This document shows positions 62,985-64,000 of a stretch of DNA of 64,000 bases, one piece after another. How positions within the stretch are numbered: position 1 is the stretch's first letter; each line of letters starts with the position of its first letter. The position numbers were made by a program, and so were the translations under genes. The stretch is from Microthyrium microscopicum (taxonomy: Eukaryota). The notes below the pieces were generated by a model. It was not told the origin of the DNA. It did no database searches and saw nothing but the letters and a program-made list of their open reading frames with translations. The stretch lies in contig MU004230.1 of NCBI GenBank assembly GCA_010405405.1, positions 1,646,627 through 1,710,626 of the forward strand. Reading direction: 5' to 3'.

Positions 62985-64000
62985 CTACAGTTGTGACATG
63001 GCCAGTTTTTTCACTGAAGGAATAGGAGATCAGCTTGATACTTTCTAATAACAGACTCAGTCTTCTCAACTTACATCTCAGCTCCCGTAAATCCAGGTCC
63101 CAGACACTGATATACTTCTCTAGCACCGCTGATCCTAATACTATTCCGTATGGCAACCTTGATTCCGTGAATAGGCTCTCGCATCGAGCTGCATTGTCAT
63201 CACCAGCCATGCTTTCAATTGTATACTCGTATGCGCTGAGTCGAAAAAACATAGGCAGTCCCAAACTTGTTCCCACATCCATAATGAACTCTGGCATGTC
63301 GCTCCGTCCTTCACAGTTCACAACATAAGGAGCAGTCTTTGAGCTTGGTAACTTGATCATATCGTTGATTTTTTGAGCATAGGGAATCGGGAGAATGATT
63401 CCTGGACGATCAAGTGAGAGTTCTACTTCATTGTAATCCGGTGGGATGATATGTGGGCCAAATGAAATGTTGTTCGCTTGCAAAACCCAAGCATTCCGCC
63501 GGAAGCTCCGATCAGATATTGGTAGAGCGATGATAGCAGTATCCAGTGGATCAAATCGTGAAATCCCAAAGGTAAGATTTCCTTCTGCTCTGTTTCCACT
63601 AGCAGGCTGGGGGCCATGTGGCAATTCGAGGGAGAAGATGTTTTGAGCCAGCGAATTGTTCCCGACCAGTCTTTTCAAAGGAGATGTTATCCCTTCTCCA
63701 GCTGAGCTTGGGATGAATGGAGCTAGACCAAATACTCCATCAAAGCCAGGAATATTAGTACTGAAGTTCCCGTCCGTCGTGAGATATGTTGCGTCTAGAA
63801 ATTCTAATCCAGGAATAGAATATCCGCCAAATTGTGCTATGTCTTTGACGAGATTCCCATCAAAAGCTGTGTTTGAATACTGAGAAACTGACTCAAATTT
63901 GCTATCCAAAAACGTTGTAGAGGCCTTTTCATTGAACTTGTGTCGGCCCTTCTCTTGGCACAGAGTATCTTTGCATTGCGATGATGGAAGCATAAGACCT
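62985..64000 (-). CDS. Pepsin-family (A1) aspartic protease homolog, 3' part; second catalytic motif degenerate
   Basis: FDGVFGLAP, NIFSLEL, GNLTFG, YVVNC...MPEF, LSAYEY and IVLGSAVLEKYISVWDL match the pepsin fold. A terminal intron near 63074-63014 gives ...LRLKKLAMSQL stop. The 5' end lies outside the window. Confidence 0.85.

Overview
Eukaryotic, intron-containing DNA from a filamentous ascomycete (Pezizomycotina; the finer taxonomy cannot be fixed from this window). It holds about 21 protein-coding genes. These include ER/Golgi housekeeping genes (STT3, SPC2, EMC3, EMC6, TVP38), LRP1/C1D, three related fungal C2H2 zinc-finger genes within about 21 kb, a Zn2Cys6 factor next to an MFS transporter, a LaeA-type methyltransferase, two tandem GRF zinc-finger genes, a CCCH-Smr protein, an FAD monooxygenase and a pepsin-like protein with a degenerate catalytic motif. 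A 9.4-kb AT-rich RIP-mutated block at 45.0-54.4 kb resolves into three nested elements: a ~1.5-kb foldback element with ~700-bp inverted arms, a complete Ty3/Gypsy chromovirus inserted in it (222-bp LTRs, ATAAG target duplication), and an unrelated GC-rich solo LTR inside the Gypsy (GAAGA target duplication). The most novel-looking items are a 4-exon secreted collagen-like mini-protein missing from the ORF track and a highly structured 256-nt intron in EMC3. Gene models were spliced by eye and family names come from motif recognition, not database searches.
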